Translations under genes and position numbers: made by a program
Shown: positions 49,863 to 58,378 of the stretch, one piece after another
Layout: each line of letters starts with the position of its first letter
Numbering within the stretch: position 1 is the first letter of the stretch
The notes under the pieces: generated by a model
Told to the model about the DNA's origin: nothing
The model's database searches: none
The model's input: only the letters and a program-made list of their open reading frames with translations
Sequence record: PZ154895.1
From: a phage
Reading direction: 5' to 3' (one strand)
DNA length: 64,000 bases

Positions 49863-49871
49863 AGGAAACAT

Positions 49872-50345
49872 ATGAAAACATATCAAGAATTTATCACTGA
49901 AGCAGCTATTAATTCTCAAATTATTGCTGAATCTTTTACTGATCTTTTGAAATTTAAAAAAGGACAGAAAATTACTGCTGTATTAGATGATGGTACAGAA
50001 GTTGAGATGGATGTACAAGGATATAATTATGCAGTAGATGGAAAACTGTATAATAAATCTCATGCTAAATTTGATTCATTTGACGACTTTGTTAATACAG
50101 TTGAAGATGAAAAAACTCGTAGATCCATTGCAACTGGCGATGCTAAGGTTCTTATGGCACACGGTCATGAACGTATTCGCGCTAAACAGAATAAAATGGG
50201 CGAAGATAATTTCGCATTAGTTGGTTATCAATCTGGTAAGCAAACTTATGGCTATCAGCGTACTGCTACCATGTATAATAAAAATGGTAAAATCGCTTTC
50301 GTGAATAGCAAAGGCTCTATTCAGTACGTCAAATCATTCAAATAA
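49872..50345 (+). CDS. internal-protein-like CTS-bearing protein
   Basis: 157 aa; N-terminus MKTYQEFITE|AAINSQIIAE|S closely matches the canonical T4 IP leader MKTYQEFIAE. Confidence 0.55.
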   Translation: MKTYQEFITEAAINSQIIAESFTDLLKFKKGQKITAVLDDGTEVEMDVQGYNYAVDGKLYNKSHAKFDSFDDFVNTVEDEKTRRSIATGDAKVLMAHGHERIRAKQNKMGEDNFALVGYQSGKQTYGYQRTATMYNKNGKIAFVNSKGSIQYVKSFK

Positions 50346-50498
50346 GCAAATAAGAAATATGGGAACAAGCTGGACCTCATGATTCTATGAGGGATTCCCG
50401 CCAACCTGTAATAAGGTCGAGCCCAAGTGCGGTAATGGGTAAATACAGAAATGGACAATTCATGCGCCATGGAATGGCCCAAATTTAGAGAGAATAAA

Positions 50499-51038
50499 AT
50501 GAGAACATTTTTAACTGGTCCTTATCTATCCCTGATGAATGCTTTTACACACCATTCTGATGCTAGAGTAGAAGAAATTTGTAAAAACGATTATATCCCA
50601 CCATTTGAAGACTTACTTAAGCAGTATTGCACACTTCGTTTAGATGGTGGCAGACAATCCGGTAAATCAACTGCTGTGACTAACTTTGCTGCTAATTGGC
50701 TGTATGATGGTGGAACAGTTATTGTTCTTTCTAATACTTCAGCTTACGCTAAAATTTCTGCGGGCCACATTAAAAAAGAATTTTCTCGTTATTCTGGCGA
50801 TGATATTCGATTCCGCTTATTTACCGATTCTGTCCGTAGTTTTATTGGCAATAAAGGAAGCAAGTTCAGAGGTTTATCGCTTTCTCGAATTTTGTATATA
50901 ATCGATGAGCCTGTTAAATCTCCTGATATGGATAAAATTTACGATATTCATATTGAAACTGTGCAACACTGCTGCAATAGTAAATGCTGTACTGGTGGTA
51001 TTACTCGTCCACAGTTTTTCGTAATCGGAATGCAATGA
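50499..51038 (+). CDS. small P-loop NTPase with C-terminal Cys cluster
   Basis: Walker A DGGRQSGKST, Walker B ILYIIDEP, C-terminal CCNSKCC; start chosen at MRTFL (alternative 50451). Confidence 0.55.
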   Translation: MRTFLTGPYLSLMNAFTHHSDARVEEICKNDYIPPFEDLLKQYCTLRLDGGRQSGKSTAVTNFAANWLYDGGTVIVLSNTSAYAKISAGHIKKEFSRYSGDDIRFRLFTDSVRSFIGNKGSKFRGLSLSRILYIIDEPVKSPDMDKIYDIHIETVQHCCNSKCCTGGITRPQFFVIGMQ

Positions 51039-51364
51039 TGACAGATACGCAACTTTTCGAATATCTTTATTTTTCGCCAAAAACTATTAAAAATAAATTG
51101 GTGAATCATTTTGAAATTTTGGCAAATAACAACGTCTTGAGCGAATTTTATCCTAAGCAATACAAATTACAAAAAGGCGTATTCAAAGGATGCAGAGTTT
51201 TGTGCACTGCTCCTAATGCAAAGTTAATGAATAAAATTCCATATTTTACCATGGAATTTATTGATGGACCTTTTAAAGGACTAATTACCCAAAGTTTAAT
51301 GGCATATGATTCTGAGCCATTTTTAATTAAAGAGCAATCTTGGATAAATTTATTTTCTAATTGA
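51035..51364 (+). CDS. hypothetical protein
   Basis: about 109 aa from MMTDTQLF, overlaps upstream stop. Confidence 0.45.
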   Translation: MMTDTQLFEYLYFSPKTIKNKLVNHFEILANNNVLSEFYPKQYKLQKGVFKGCRVLCTAPNAKLMNKIPYFTMEFIDGPFKGLITQSLMAYDSEPFLIKEQSWINLFSN

Positions 51365-51370
51365 GGTTAT

Positions 51371-51733
51371 ATGAAAGCATATCAAATTCTTGAAGGCACA
51401 CATAAAGGTACTATTTATTTTGAAGACGGTATTCAAGCACGAATTATTGTCTCTAAAACTTTTAAAGAGGACTCTTTTGTAGACCCGGAAATTTTCTACG
51501 GTTTGCATGCCCGTGAAATTGAAATTGAAACACAACCTACAGTTAAAATTGAAGGTGGTCAACACTTGAACGTTAACGTTCTGCGTCGCGAAACTCTGGA
51601 AGATGCAGTTAAGCATCCGGAAAAATATCCGCAGCTGACCATCCGTGTATCAGGTTATGCAGTTCGCTTTAACTCTCTGACTCCGGAACAGCAGCGCGAC
51701 GTTATTGCTCGTACCTTTACTGAGAGTTTGTAA
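51371..51733 (+). CDS. GrcA/YfiD-like autonomous glycyl radical cofactor
   Basis: 120 aa; C-terminal half [55 protein letters not shown] carries the glycyl-radical RVSGY motif, near-identical to enterobacterial GrcA as recalled. Confidence 0.85.
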   Translation: MKAYQILEGTHKGTIYFEDGIQARIIVSKTFKEDSFVDPEIFYGLHAREIEIETQPTVKIEGGQHLNVNVLRRETLEDAVKHPEKYPQLTIRVSGYAVRFNSLTPEQQRDVIARTFTESL

Positions 51734-51954
51734 TGGCAAAGATAATTATTGAAGGTTCTAAAGATGTGCTAAATGCTTTCGCCGAATGGTTTAGTAATTC
51801 AGGCGAGCAGCAATTTAATGAAGCGTGGACCATGGGTGATATTGATGGAATTTATCCTACGACAGAAATTTCTGTTCAAGGATATGGCATTCATGAACCT
51901 ATTCGTTTAGTTGAATATGATTTATGTACTGGTGAGGAAGTAAAATATGATTGA
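51733..51954 (+). CDS. hypothetical small protein
   Basis: 73-aa ORF, ATGG overlap with upstream stop. Confidence 0.4.
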   Translation: MAKIIIEGSKDVLNAFAEWFSNSGEQQFNEAWTMGDIDGIYPTTEISVQGYGIHEPIRLVEYDLCTGEEVKYD

Positions 51955-52213
51955 AGATATTAAGGGTTATAAGCCACATACTGAAGAGAAAATCGGTAAA
52001 GTGAATGCTATCAAAGACGCTGAAGTTCGTTTAGGACTTATCTTTGATGCTTTATATGATGAATTCTGGGAAGCACTGGATAATTGTGAAGACTGTGAAT
52101 TCGCAAAGAATTATGCTGAAAGCCTCGATCAGTTAACTATTGCTAAAACTAAACTCAAAGAAGTCAGTATGTGGGCTTGTCGCGCAGTGTTTCAACCAGA
52201 GGAAAAATATTAA
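51947..52213 (+). CDS. hypothetical small acidic helical protein
   Basis: 88-aa ORF; vs.3-vs.8 region of T4. Confidence 0.4.
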   Translation: MIEDIKGYKPHTEEKIGKVNAIKDAEVRLGLIFDALYDEFWEALDNCEDCEFAKNYAESLDQLTIAKTKLKEVSMWACRAVFQPEEKY

Positions 52214-52491
52214 TGGCTCAATTAAGCGCAGGGTTTGGTTATGAGTATTATACTGCCCCTCGTCGTGTATCTGTTGCTCCTAAGAAAATTCAAAGTCTTG
52301 ATGACTTCCAGGAAGTAGTCCGTAAAGCTTTCCAGGACTATGCACGTTATCTTAAAGAAGATTCACAGGACTGTCTCGAAGAAGATGAAATTGCTTACTA
52401 TGAGCAGCGTCTTGAACAGCTCAAAAACCTACATGAGGTTCGTGCAGAAGTTTCAAAGTCTATGAATAAATTGATTAGATTTAAAGAATAA
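52213..52491 (+). CDS. hypothetical small protein
   Basis: 92 aa from MAQLSAGF with GAGGAA SD. Confidence 0.4.
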   Translation: MAQLSAGFGYEYYTAPRRVSVAPKKIQSLDDFQEVVRKAFQDYARYLKEDSQDCLEEDEIAYYEQRLEQLKNLHEVRAEVSKSMNKLIRFKE

Positions 52492-52525
52492 CTGTTTACT
52501 TTTCCTCTTGACTGTGGTATAATTT
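52488..52525 (+). promoter_or_regulatory. T4-type early promoter upstream of regB
   Basis: -35 GTTTAC 52494-52499, -10 TGGTATAAT. Confidence 0.7.
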
Positions 52526-52550
52526 TTCTATCAGTTAAGAGGAGAATAAC

Positions 52551-53012
52551 ATGACTATCAACACAGAAGTTTTTATCCGTCGAAATAAGCTCCGTCGTCA
52601 CTTTGAGTCGGAGTTTCGTCAAATTAACAATGAGATTCGTGAGGCATCAAAAGCAGCAGGGGTCTCATCGTTTCATCTAAAATATTCTCAGCATCTTCTT
52701 GATCGTGCAATTCAACGGGAGATTGATGAGACATATGTTTTTGAATTATTCCATAAAATAAAAGACCATGTTTTAGAAGTTAATGAATTCCTGAGTATGC
52801 CTCCGCGTCCTGACATTGACGAGGATTTTATTGATGGGGTTGAATATCGTCCTGGGCGTTTAGAAATCACAGATGGAAATCTTTGGCTTGGATTTACAGT
52901 TTGTAAACCTAATGCGAAGTTCAAAGACCCGTCGCTTCAATGCAGGATGGCAATTATTAACAGTCGTCGTTTACCAGGAAAGGCTTCTAAAGCAGTAATT
53001 AAAACTCAATGA
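52551..53012 (+). CDS. regB: RegB site-specific endoribonuclease
   Basis: 153 aa, exactly the T4 RegB size, own early promoter, position between denV and tk. Confidence 0.65.
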   Translation: MTINTEVFIRRNKLRRHFESEFRQINNEIREASKAAGVSSFHLKYSQHLLDRAIQREIDETYVFELFHKIKDHVLEVNEFLSMPPRPDIDEDFIDGVEYRPGRLEITDGNLWLGFTVCKPNAKFKDPSLQCRMAIINSRRLPGKASKAVIKTQ

Positions 53013-53019
53013 GGTAAGC

Positions 53020-53565
53020 ATGAGAAAAGCACTACTCGCTGGTCTATTGGCCATTTCAATGATGGCGCATAGCTCCGAGCATACTTTCAGTAATGTCCAA
53101 CTCGATAACATGCGTTACGCGTATCAATTCGGGGAACAATTTTCTAAGGATGGAAAATATAAAACACACAAAAATATCCACAAGAGCGGATTAGGTCATA
53201 TAATGGCTGCTATTTTATGGCAAGAAAGCTCTGCCGGAGTTAATTTAAAATCTAAACCAAAGCATCATGCCTACGGAATGTTCCAAAATTATTTGCCAAC
53301 TATGCGAGCAAGAGTTAAGGAACTTGGTTATAATATGACTGATGCTGAAATAAAAAGAATGTTGAATAAACGGTCCAATTCAGCTTCCTGGGCGTACATT
53401 GAACTTTCTTATTGGTTAAATATACATAAGGGTGATATAAGAAAAGCTATATCCTCTTATAACTCGGGATGGAATGTTAAAGCTGGTTCTAAATATGCTT
53501 CTGAAGTCCTAGAAAAGGCTAACTACCTTAAAAATAATAAACTTTTGGAAATAGTAAATGACTAA
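53020..53565 (+). CDS. secreted protein with signal peptide, lytic-transglycosylase-like
   Basis: 181 aa; N-terminal signal peptide MRKALLAGLLAISMMAHS; AILWQESSAG resembles a lytic transglycosylase catalytic-Glu motif. Confidence 0.5.
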   Translation: MRKALLAGLLAISMMAHSSEHTFSNVQLDNMRYAYQFGEQFSKDGKYKTHKNIHKSGLGHIMAAILWQESSAGVNLKSKPKHHAYGMFQNYLPTMRARVKELGYNMTDAEIKRMLNKRSNSASWAYIELSYWLNIHKGDIRKAISSYNSGWNVKAGSKYASEVLEKANYLKNNKLLEIVND

Positions 53566-53899
53566 AATTTTGGTTTTATGTATAGGATTAATTTCATTTT
53601 CTGCGTTAGCAAATACATCATATACTGAAATTAGAGAGTATGTAAACCGTACTGCCGCGGATTATTGCGGGAAAAATAAAGCATGCCAAGCTGAATTTGC
53701 GCAGAAATTAATATATGCATATAAAGACGGAGAAAGAGATAAATCAAGCAGATACAAGAACGATACTTTATTAAAACGATATGCTAAAAAGTGGAATACC
53801 TTAGAATGTTCAGTTGCGGAGGAGAAAGATAAAGCCGCCTGTCATTCAATGGTTGACCGTTTGGTAGATTCTTATAATCGAGGATTGAGTACTAGATGA
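53558..53899 (+). CDS. small secreted Cys-containing protein (signal peptide)
   Basis: 113 aa; signal peptide MTKILVLCIGLISFSALA; four Cys. Confidence 0.45.
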   Translation: MTKILVLCIGLISFSALANTSYTEIREYVNRTAADYCGKNKACQAEFAQKLIYAYKDGERDKSSRYKNDTLLKRYAKKWNTLECSVAEEKDKAACHSMVDRLVDSYNRGLSTR

Positions 53900-54375
53900 T
53901 TGTAAAATATATCAAGGGCGATATTGTCGCCCTATTTCTTCAAGGTAATATTATTGCGCACGGGTGCAACTGTTTTCATACTATGGGTTTAGGTGTAGCG
54001 GGTCAATTAGCAAGAGCCTATCCTAAAATTTTAGAAATAGATAAAACCACTACTGAGTACGGTTCTCGTGATAAATTAGGTGATATGTCTATTGTTTTTA
54101 AACATAATCCTGCAGGATTTGGTATATGCTATAACCTGTATACGCAATACGAACCGGGTCCTAATCTTGATTATGGTGCTTTAGTAAACTGCATGATAGA
54201 ATTAAATCTACAGGCAGAAACCCTTTTGTTTAAACCAGTAATTTACATTCCACGCATAGGTTGTGGTATTGCTGGCGGTGATTGGGATAAGGTTTCTAAA
54301 TTAATCGACATGTTTACTCCTGATATTGATTTAATAGTGGTGGATTATGAAAGTACATTACCCGCATCCGTTTGA
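53896..54375 (+). CDS. macro-domain-like protein (ADP-ribose binding/processing)
   Basis: 159 aa; GDIVALFLQGNIIAHGCNCFHTMGLGVAGQLA resembles the macro-domain N-terminal and Gly-rich loop motifs. Confidence 0.5.
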   Translation: MIVKYIKGDIVALFLQGNIIAHGCNCFHTMGLGVAGQLARAYPKILEIDKTTTEYGSRDKLGDMSIVFKHNPAGFGICYNLYTQYEPGPNLDYGALVNCMIELNLQAETLLFKPVIYIPRIGCGIAGGDWDKVSKLIDMFTPDIDLIVVDYESTLPASV

Positions 54376-54559
54376 TCCTAAAAATAAAGCGGAAATTATT
54401 CGACACTGGACCGAAACACGAGTAACTAAATGCCCTATAAAAAGTCAACACAATACCGATAAATGGTATATCGGCGAATATGTTGAATATACTTTTATAG
54501 ATAAAAATAAACGTAAACAGCATGTAGAAGAATATTGTTTAAAGGTGCAATGGTTATGA
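54347..54559 (+). CDS. hypothetical small protein
   Basis: 70-aa ORF overlapping neighbours; weak. Confidence 0.3.
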   Translation: MKVHYPHPFDPKNKAEIIRHWTETRVTKCPIKSQHNTDKWYIGEYVEYTFIDKNKRKQHVEEYCLKVQWL

Positions 54560-54741
54560 GTCTAAGCATTAGTCAGAAAAGTAGATTATTTGAGCTTATT
54601 CATGAGCTTTTGGATGAGCATACAGAAGCAAACACCTTTTATGATGAATACGGCCCGCTATCTCCCGAACAGCAGGAAGAATTTGCTGATCGGTTTGATA
54701 AGAAAGAAAATGAATTAATAGCTTATGTGAATACGCTTTAA
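54535..54741 (+). CDS. hypothetical small acidic protein
   Basis: 68-aa ORF directly upstream of tk. Confidence 0.35.
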   Translation: MFKGAMVMSLSISQKSRLFELIHELLDEHTEANTFYDEYGPLSPEQQEEFADRFDKKENELIAYVNTL

Positions 54742-54750
54742 GAAGGTGAT

Positions 54751-55332
54751 ATGGCGAGTTTAATTTTTACTTATGCAGCAATGAATGCTGGAAAATCTGC
54801 TTCTCTTTTGACTGCTGCACATAATTATAAAGAACGTGGAATGAGTGTATTAGTTCTTAAGCCTGCTATTGATACTCGCGATTCTGTCTGTGAAGTCGTT
54901 TCTCGCATTGGAATTAAGCAGGAAGCGAATATTATTACGGATGATATGGATATTTTTGAGTTCTATAAATGGGCTGAAGCACAAAAAGATATTCATTGTG
55001 TATTTGTAGATGAAGCCCAGTTTTTAAAAACTGAACAGGTGCATCAATTAAGCCGAATTGTTGATACATATAATGTTCCTGTTATGGCTTATGGACTAAG
55101 GACTGATTTCGCTGGAAAATTATTTGAAGGTTCTAAAGAACTTTTGGCGATTGCAGATAAACTTATTGAACTAAAAGCAGTTTGTCATTGTGGTAAAAAA
55201 GCTATTATGACAGCTCGATTAATGGAAGATGGAACACCAGTTAAAGAGGGTAATCAAATCTGTATTGGTGATGAAATTTATGTTTCTTTGTGTAGAAAAC
55301 ATTGGAATGAATTAACTAAAAAGCTCGGTTAG
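54751..55332 (+). CDS. tk: thymidine kinase
   Basis: 193 aa; P-loop AMNAGKSAS and C-terminal zinc-ribbon Cys pairs; size as T4 Tk. Confidence 0.9.
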   Translation: MASLIFTYAAMNAGKSASLLTAAHNYKERGMSVLVLKPAIDTRDSVCEVVSRIGIKQEANIITDDMDIFEFYKWAEAQKDIHCVFVDEAQFLKTEQVHQLSRIVDTYNVPVMAYGLRTDFAGKLFEGSKELLAIADKLIELKAVCHCGKKAIMTARLMEDGTPVKEGNQICIGDEIYVSLCRKHWNELTKKLG

Positions 55333-55341
55333 TGCAAAAGT

Positions 55342-55349
55342 TATAAATA
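55342..55349 (+). promoter_or_regulatory. late promoter TATAAATA upstream of the rI region
   Basis: exact motif about 25 nt upstream of the 55375 ORF. Confidence 0.55.
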
Positions 55350-55374
55350 GGTTTATCTAACTAAAGGGGTATAT

Positions 55375-55587
55375 ATGCTACAATTAACTGAAAAGCAACT
55401 TCGCAATCTTACTGTTCTTCAATTAGATGAAATTCGTAGGGAAGTTGGAAATATCATTTCAGCTTTGCGTCGAGAAGTATCACTCAACCAATCTCCGGCA
55501 GACTATACTAGATTGCGAAATTTTGAAAAATACCTTGATAAAGTTAAGGCCGTGCATCGGCATAAAGTAAATACAGGACAAAAATGA
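55375..55587 (+). CDS. hypothetical small protein (rI-adjacent)
   Basis: 70-aa ORF after a TATAAATA late promoter. Confidence 0.45.
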
Positions 55588-55599
55588 TAGGAGGCCTTT

Positions 55600-55893
55600 A
55601 TGGCCTTAAAAGCAACGGCATTATTTGCCATGCTAGGATTAGCGTTTGCTTTATCTCCACCAATTGAAGCGAATGTCGATCCTCATTTTGATAAATTTAT
55701 GGAATCTGGTATTAGACATGTTTATATGCTTTTTGAAAATAAAAGCGTAGAATCATCTGAACAGTTCTATAGTTTTATGCGAACGACCTATAAAAATGAC
55801 CCGTGCTCTTCCGATTTTGAATGTATAGAGCGAGGCGCGGAGATGGCACAATCATACGCTAGAATTATGAACATTAAATTGGAGACTGAATGA
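55600..55893 (+). CDS. rI: RI lysis-inhibition regulator (periplasmic antiholin)
   Basis: 97 aa with N-terminal signal-anchor MALKATALFAMLGLAFALSPPIEA; size and position next to tk as in T4. Confidence 0.7.
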   Translation: MALKATALFAMLGLAFALSPPIEANVDPHFDKFMESGIRHVYMLFENKSVESSEQFYSFMRTTYKNDPCSSDFECIERGAEMAQSYARIMNIKLETE

Positions 55894-56276
55894 AATTCAG
55901 CGACTTTTCACAAAGCGGAAAACCTTCAAAGGCAGATGAATACTTAGGTTTATTAATGGCTGCGCAAGCTTATTTTCATTCTGCGCATTTTGAAACTAAA
56001 AGTTATGCTAGACACAAAGCATACGATTTTATTTTCTCTGAGTTGCCAGATTTGATTGATAAATTTGGTGAGCAATATTTGGGGTATTCTGGTAGAAAAT
56101 ACACGCCGTCAATTCCGGATGCCAGTAAACTTCCTACCGACACAATTAAAATGATTGATCGTATACTAGACCAATCTAACAGCATTTACAAAGAAATGCC
56201 TCCAGCCATTCAAAGCACGATAGATGATATTACTGGAATGTTTTACCAGAGTAAGTATCTTCTTTCCCTCGAATAA
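55890..56276 (+). CDS. hypothetical protein (rI-adjacent)
   Basis: 128-aa ORF overlapping rI stop; followed by a terminator. Confidence 0.5.
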   Translation: MKFSDFSQSGKPSKADEYLGLLMAAQAYFHSAHFETKSYARHKAYDFIFSELPDLIDKFGEQYLGYSGRKYTPSIPDASKLPTDTIKMIDRILDQSNSIYKEMPPAIQSTIDDITGMFYQSKYLLSLE

Positions 56277-56280
56277 CATT

Positions 56281-56304
56281 AGTCTCCTTCGGGAGACTTT
56301 TTTC
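56281..56304 (+). terminator. intrinsic terminator after the rI-adjacent ORF
   Basis: hairpin agtctcc-ttcg-ggagact followed by TTTTTT. Confidence 0.75.
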
Positions 56305-56307
56305 ATT

Positions 56308-56347
56308 TTACCGGTTTACTTTCCATTTGAGCTGTGATACTATACAA
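56308..56347 (+). promoter_or_regulatory. T4-type early promoter
   Basis: -35 GTTTAC 56314-56319, -10 TGATACTATAC, immediately after a terminator hairpin. Confidence 0.7.
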
Positions 56348-56371
56348 CCATCAGATAAAGAGGAGAACATC

Positions 56372-56560
56372 ATGAAAATTGAAGCACTTAATCAAGAAGG
56401 AAATATCTACGTCATCATTAATGGTGATTTTTTCGTCGACATGGATGAAGTTACCAGTGAAGAACTTGAAGAACTTCTTAAGAAACGTTATGATATGTGT
56501 GATGAAGCTGCAACTCATATGGCGTGTGCAATATTCTCTCTTTCATATGTGGTGGAATAA
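56372..56560 (+). CDS. hypothetical small acidic protein
   Basis: 62 aa from MKIEALNQ with GAGGAG SD after an early promoter. Confidence 0.4.
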   Translation: MKIEALNQEGNIYVIINGDFFVDMDEVTSEELEELLKKRYDMCDEAATHMACAIFSLSYVVE

Positions 56561-56763
56561 TGATTAGTATAGAACAAGCAGATAAAATTAAAGAATTGGT
56601 AGCTTTAATTCGCAAAGCAGACGAGGAACTTAGTGACTTTGCTTGGTTTTCGGCAGGCATTGCAAATAAAGGCGCTGAAGAACTTGAAGCTAAAGTTGAT
56701 AATGCTGTAGAAGCTTTAGATATGTTTCTTGATGAAATTATCGATCATAATACGAGAGTTTAA
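56560..56763 (+). CDS. hypothetical small protein
   Basis: 67 aa from [16 protein letters not shown] coupling. Confidence 0.4.
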   Translation: MISIEQADKIKELVALIRKADEELSDFAWFSAGIANKGAEELEAKVDNAVEALDMFLDEIIDHNTRV

Positions 56764-56765
56764 GT

Positions 56766-56960
56766 ATGCTAACACGTGAACAGTTTGAAAAAATCATTAA
56801 ATTAGCACGTGATATTGAAATAGATTCATACCAATTGGCAGTTGAGCATTGTGAAGGATATTCATACGATGGTATAGAAGCAGCTAAAAAGGATTTGGAT
56901 AAATCCAAAGCTAAGTTAGTTCAATATCTTGAAATGATTAGGTGGAATAATGAAAACTGA
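56766..56960 (+). CDS. hypothetical small protein
   Basis: 64-aa ORF. Confidence 0.4.
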   Translation: MLTREQFEKIIKLARDIEIDSYQLAVEHCEGYSYDGIEAAKKDLDKSKAKLVQYLEMIRWNNEN

Positions 56961-57123
56961 AAAGCAGATGTTTTTAATGAAGCTAATTGAAGAATATGCT
57001 AATGCAGTTTCTGACTATGAGTGTTCTTCTCGGGAAAGAGGTACAGCTTTCGCAAAGGAAGAAATGAAAATCATGGTTGATGCTCACACAAAGCTTCAGA
57101 ATTTTATTGAAAACGTCATTTAA
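56950..57123 (+). CDS. hypothetical small protein
   Basis: 57-aa ORF overlapping upstream stop; below the ORF-track cutoff. Confidence 0.35.
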   Translation: MKTEKQMFLMKLIEEYANAVSDYECSSRERGTAFAKEEMKIMVDAHTKLQNFIENVI

Positions 57124-57158
57124 TGGTTTACAAGTTGGCAAGGTTATGGTATAGTAAT
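57119..57158 (+). promoter_or_regulatory. T4-type early promoter
   Basis: -35 GTTTAC 57125-57130, -10 TGGTATAGT. Confidence 0.65.
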
Positions 57159-57290
57159 CTTGTCAACTGCCAAGGAGAAGAGAATGAAAGTTTTGTTTGT
57201 TGTGTATGTGATGATTCAATATAATTACCCGATGTTTACTTATAATCTGGTGAACAACATTATTGATATTATTCAAAGGAGTATGTAATT

Positions 57291-57848
57291 GTGGGTGAGT
57301 CGAAGAGAATCAATATGAAACGATTAGTATTAGAAGTTAGTCCGCTTTTTGGTGAATTGGCTATAGAAAAAGTAAATAACATGTATCGTTTGACACAAGA
57401 AGACGATATGCTGTATTTTACGCCTAGTGAAATCATTCATTTAACCCAAATTGAATATCCTTATACTGATAAAATAGTAAGCATCAATGATGAGCACAAA
57501 ATTCATTTTTATTCTTCATGCCCAGGATTTAATATTAACAGTGAGTCAATGTGTTTATCAGTTATCCATTGGGATAGTTTTATAGCTAAGATTAAATATT
57601 TTTATTATTCTAATGAAAGAAAACATAGTTTAAAATGGCTTAAAAATTGCAATGCTATTATTACTAACGCTTGCAATCAGAATGATGAAACTCTTTTAAA
57701 TGTATCAAAATGTTATGAAGAGGGAGATGTCTTAACTATTCGTCAAATTGACGATTTTCGATCACATATTGTTACATTTACCAAAGACGAAGCTATTGCG
57801 CTAAAGACTTATCTTGATTCTGTCATTCCAACTATGATTTCAAAGTGA
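57291..57848 (+). CDS. hypothetical protein, paralog A (GTG start)
   Basis: 185 aa; AGGAG SD 9 nt upstream of GTG; C-terminus LTIRQ...FTKDEAIALKTYLDSVIPTM homologous to the next ORF. Confidence 0.5.
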   Translation: MGESKRINMKRLVLEVSPLFGELAIEKVNNMYRLTQEDDMLYFTPSEIIHLTQIEYPYTDKIVSINDEHKIHFYSSCPGFNINSESMCLSVIHWDSFIAKIKYFYYSNERKHSLKWLKNCNAIITNACNQNDETLLNVSKCYEEGDVLTIRQIDDFRSHIVTFTKDEAIALKTYLDSVIPTMISK

Positions 57849-57854
57849 GGAAAT

Positions 57855-58376
57855 ATGTTTATTTCAAGTGAAAGCGGTTTAATTCGTGTTGAATTTAAAA
57901 ATGACATCTTCCTTATTCAAGGAGATGATATTATTAAAATGAGTTATGACGAAATCAAGAAAATTTGTCATGCTCTTGAAAGCCATGGAAAAGTAAATGC
58001 TACTATCGATATAGGTGATTTATGGGTGACACTTTATGAAGTATCCGAAGGATTTAACATTGAAGATGAAAATAACATCTTAGCTATTGATAAAAGAAGT
58101 GATTTGTTTGATGTGTTAAAAGTTTATGAACAGTCAAACGGTGGAAGAAAAGCTGCATTGATTTATCAAAAACCACATTCATGTGGAACTGCTTCAATCA
58201 TTTCAAATATTGAAGATGAAACTGATACTTATATGTGTGTTTTAAAGGCTGGTGGTGACCGTCATCCGGATTTTATTTCTATTCGTCAAAACAATGGAGA
58301 AATTTCATTATCAAAATCAGAAGCTGAAGCTATGATTAAGTATTTAACAACTGTTACACCTTCAATGAAAGGATAA
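57855..58376 (+). CDS. hypothetical protein, paralog B
   Basis: 173 aa; C-terminus ISIRQ...LSKSEAEAMIKYLTTVTPSM homologous to the previous ORF. Confidence 0.5.
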   Translation: MFISSESGLIRVEFKNDIFLIQGDDIIKMSYDEIKKICHALESHGKVNATIDIGDLWVTLYEVSEGFNIEDENNILAIDKRSDLFDVLKVYEQSNGGRKAALIYQKPHSCGTASIISNIEDETDTYMCVLKAGGDRHPDFISIRQNNGEISLSKSEAEAMIKYLTTVTPSMKG

Positions 58377-58378
58377 TT

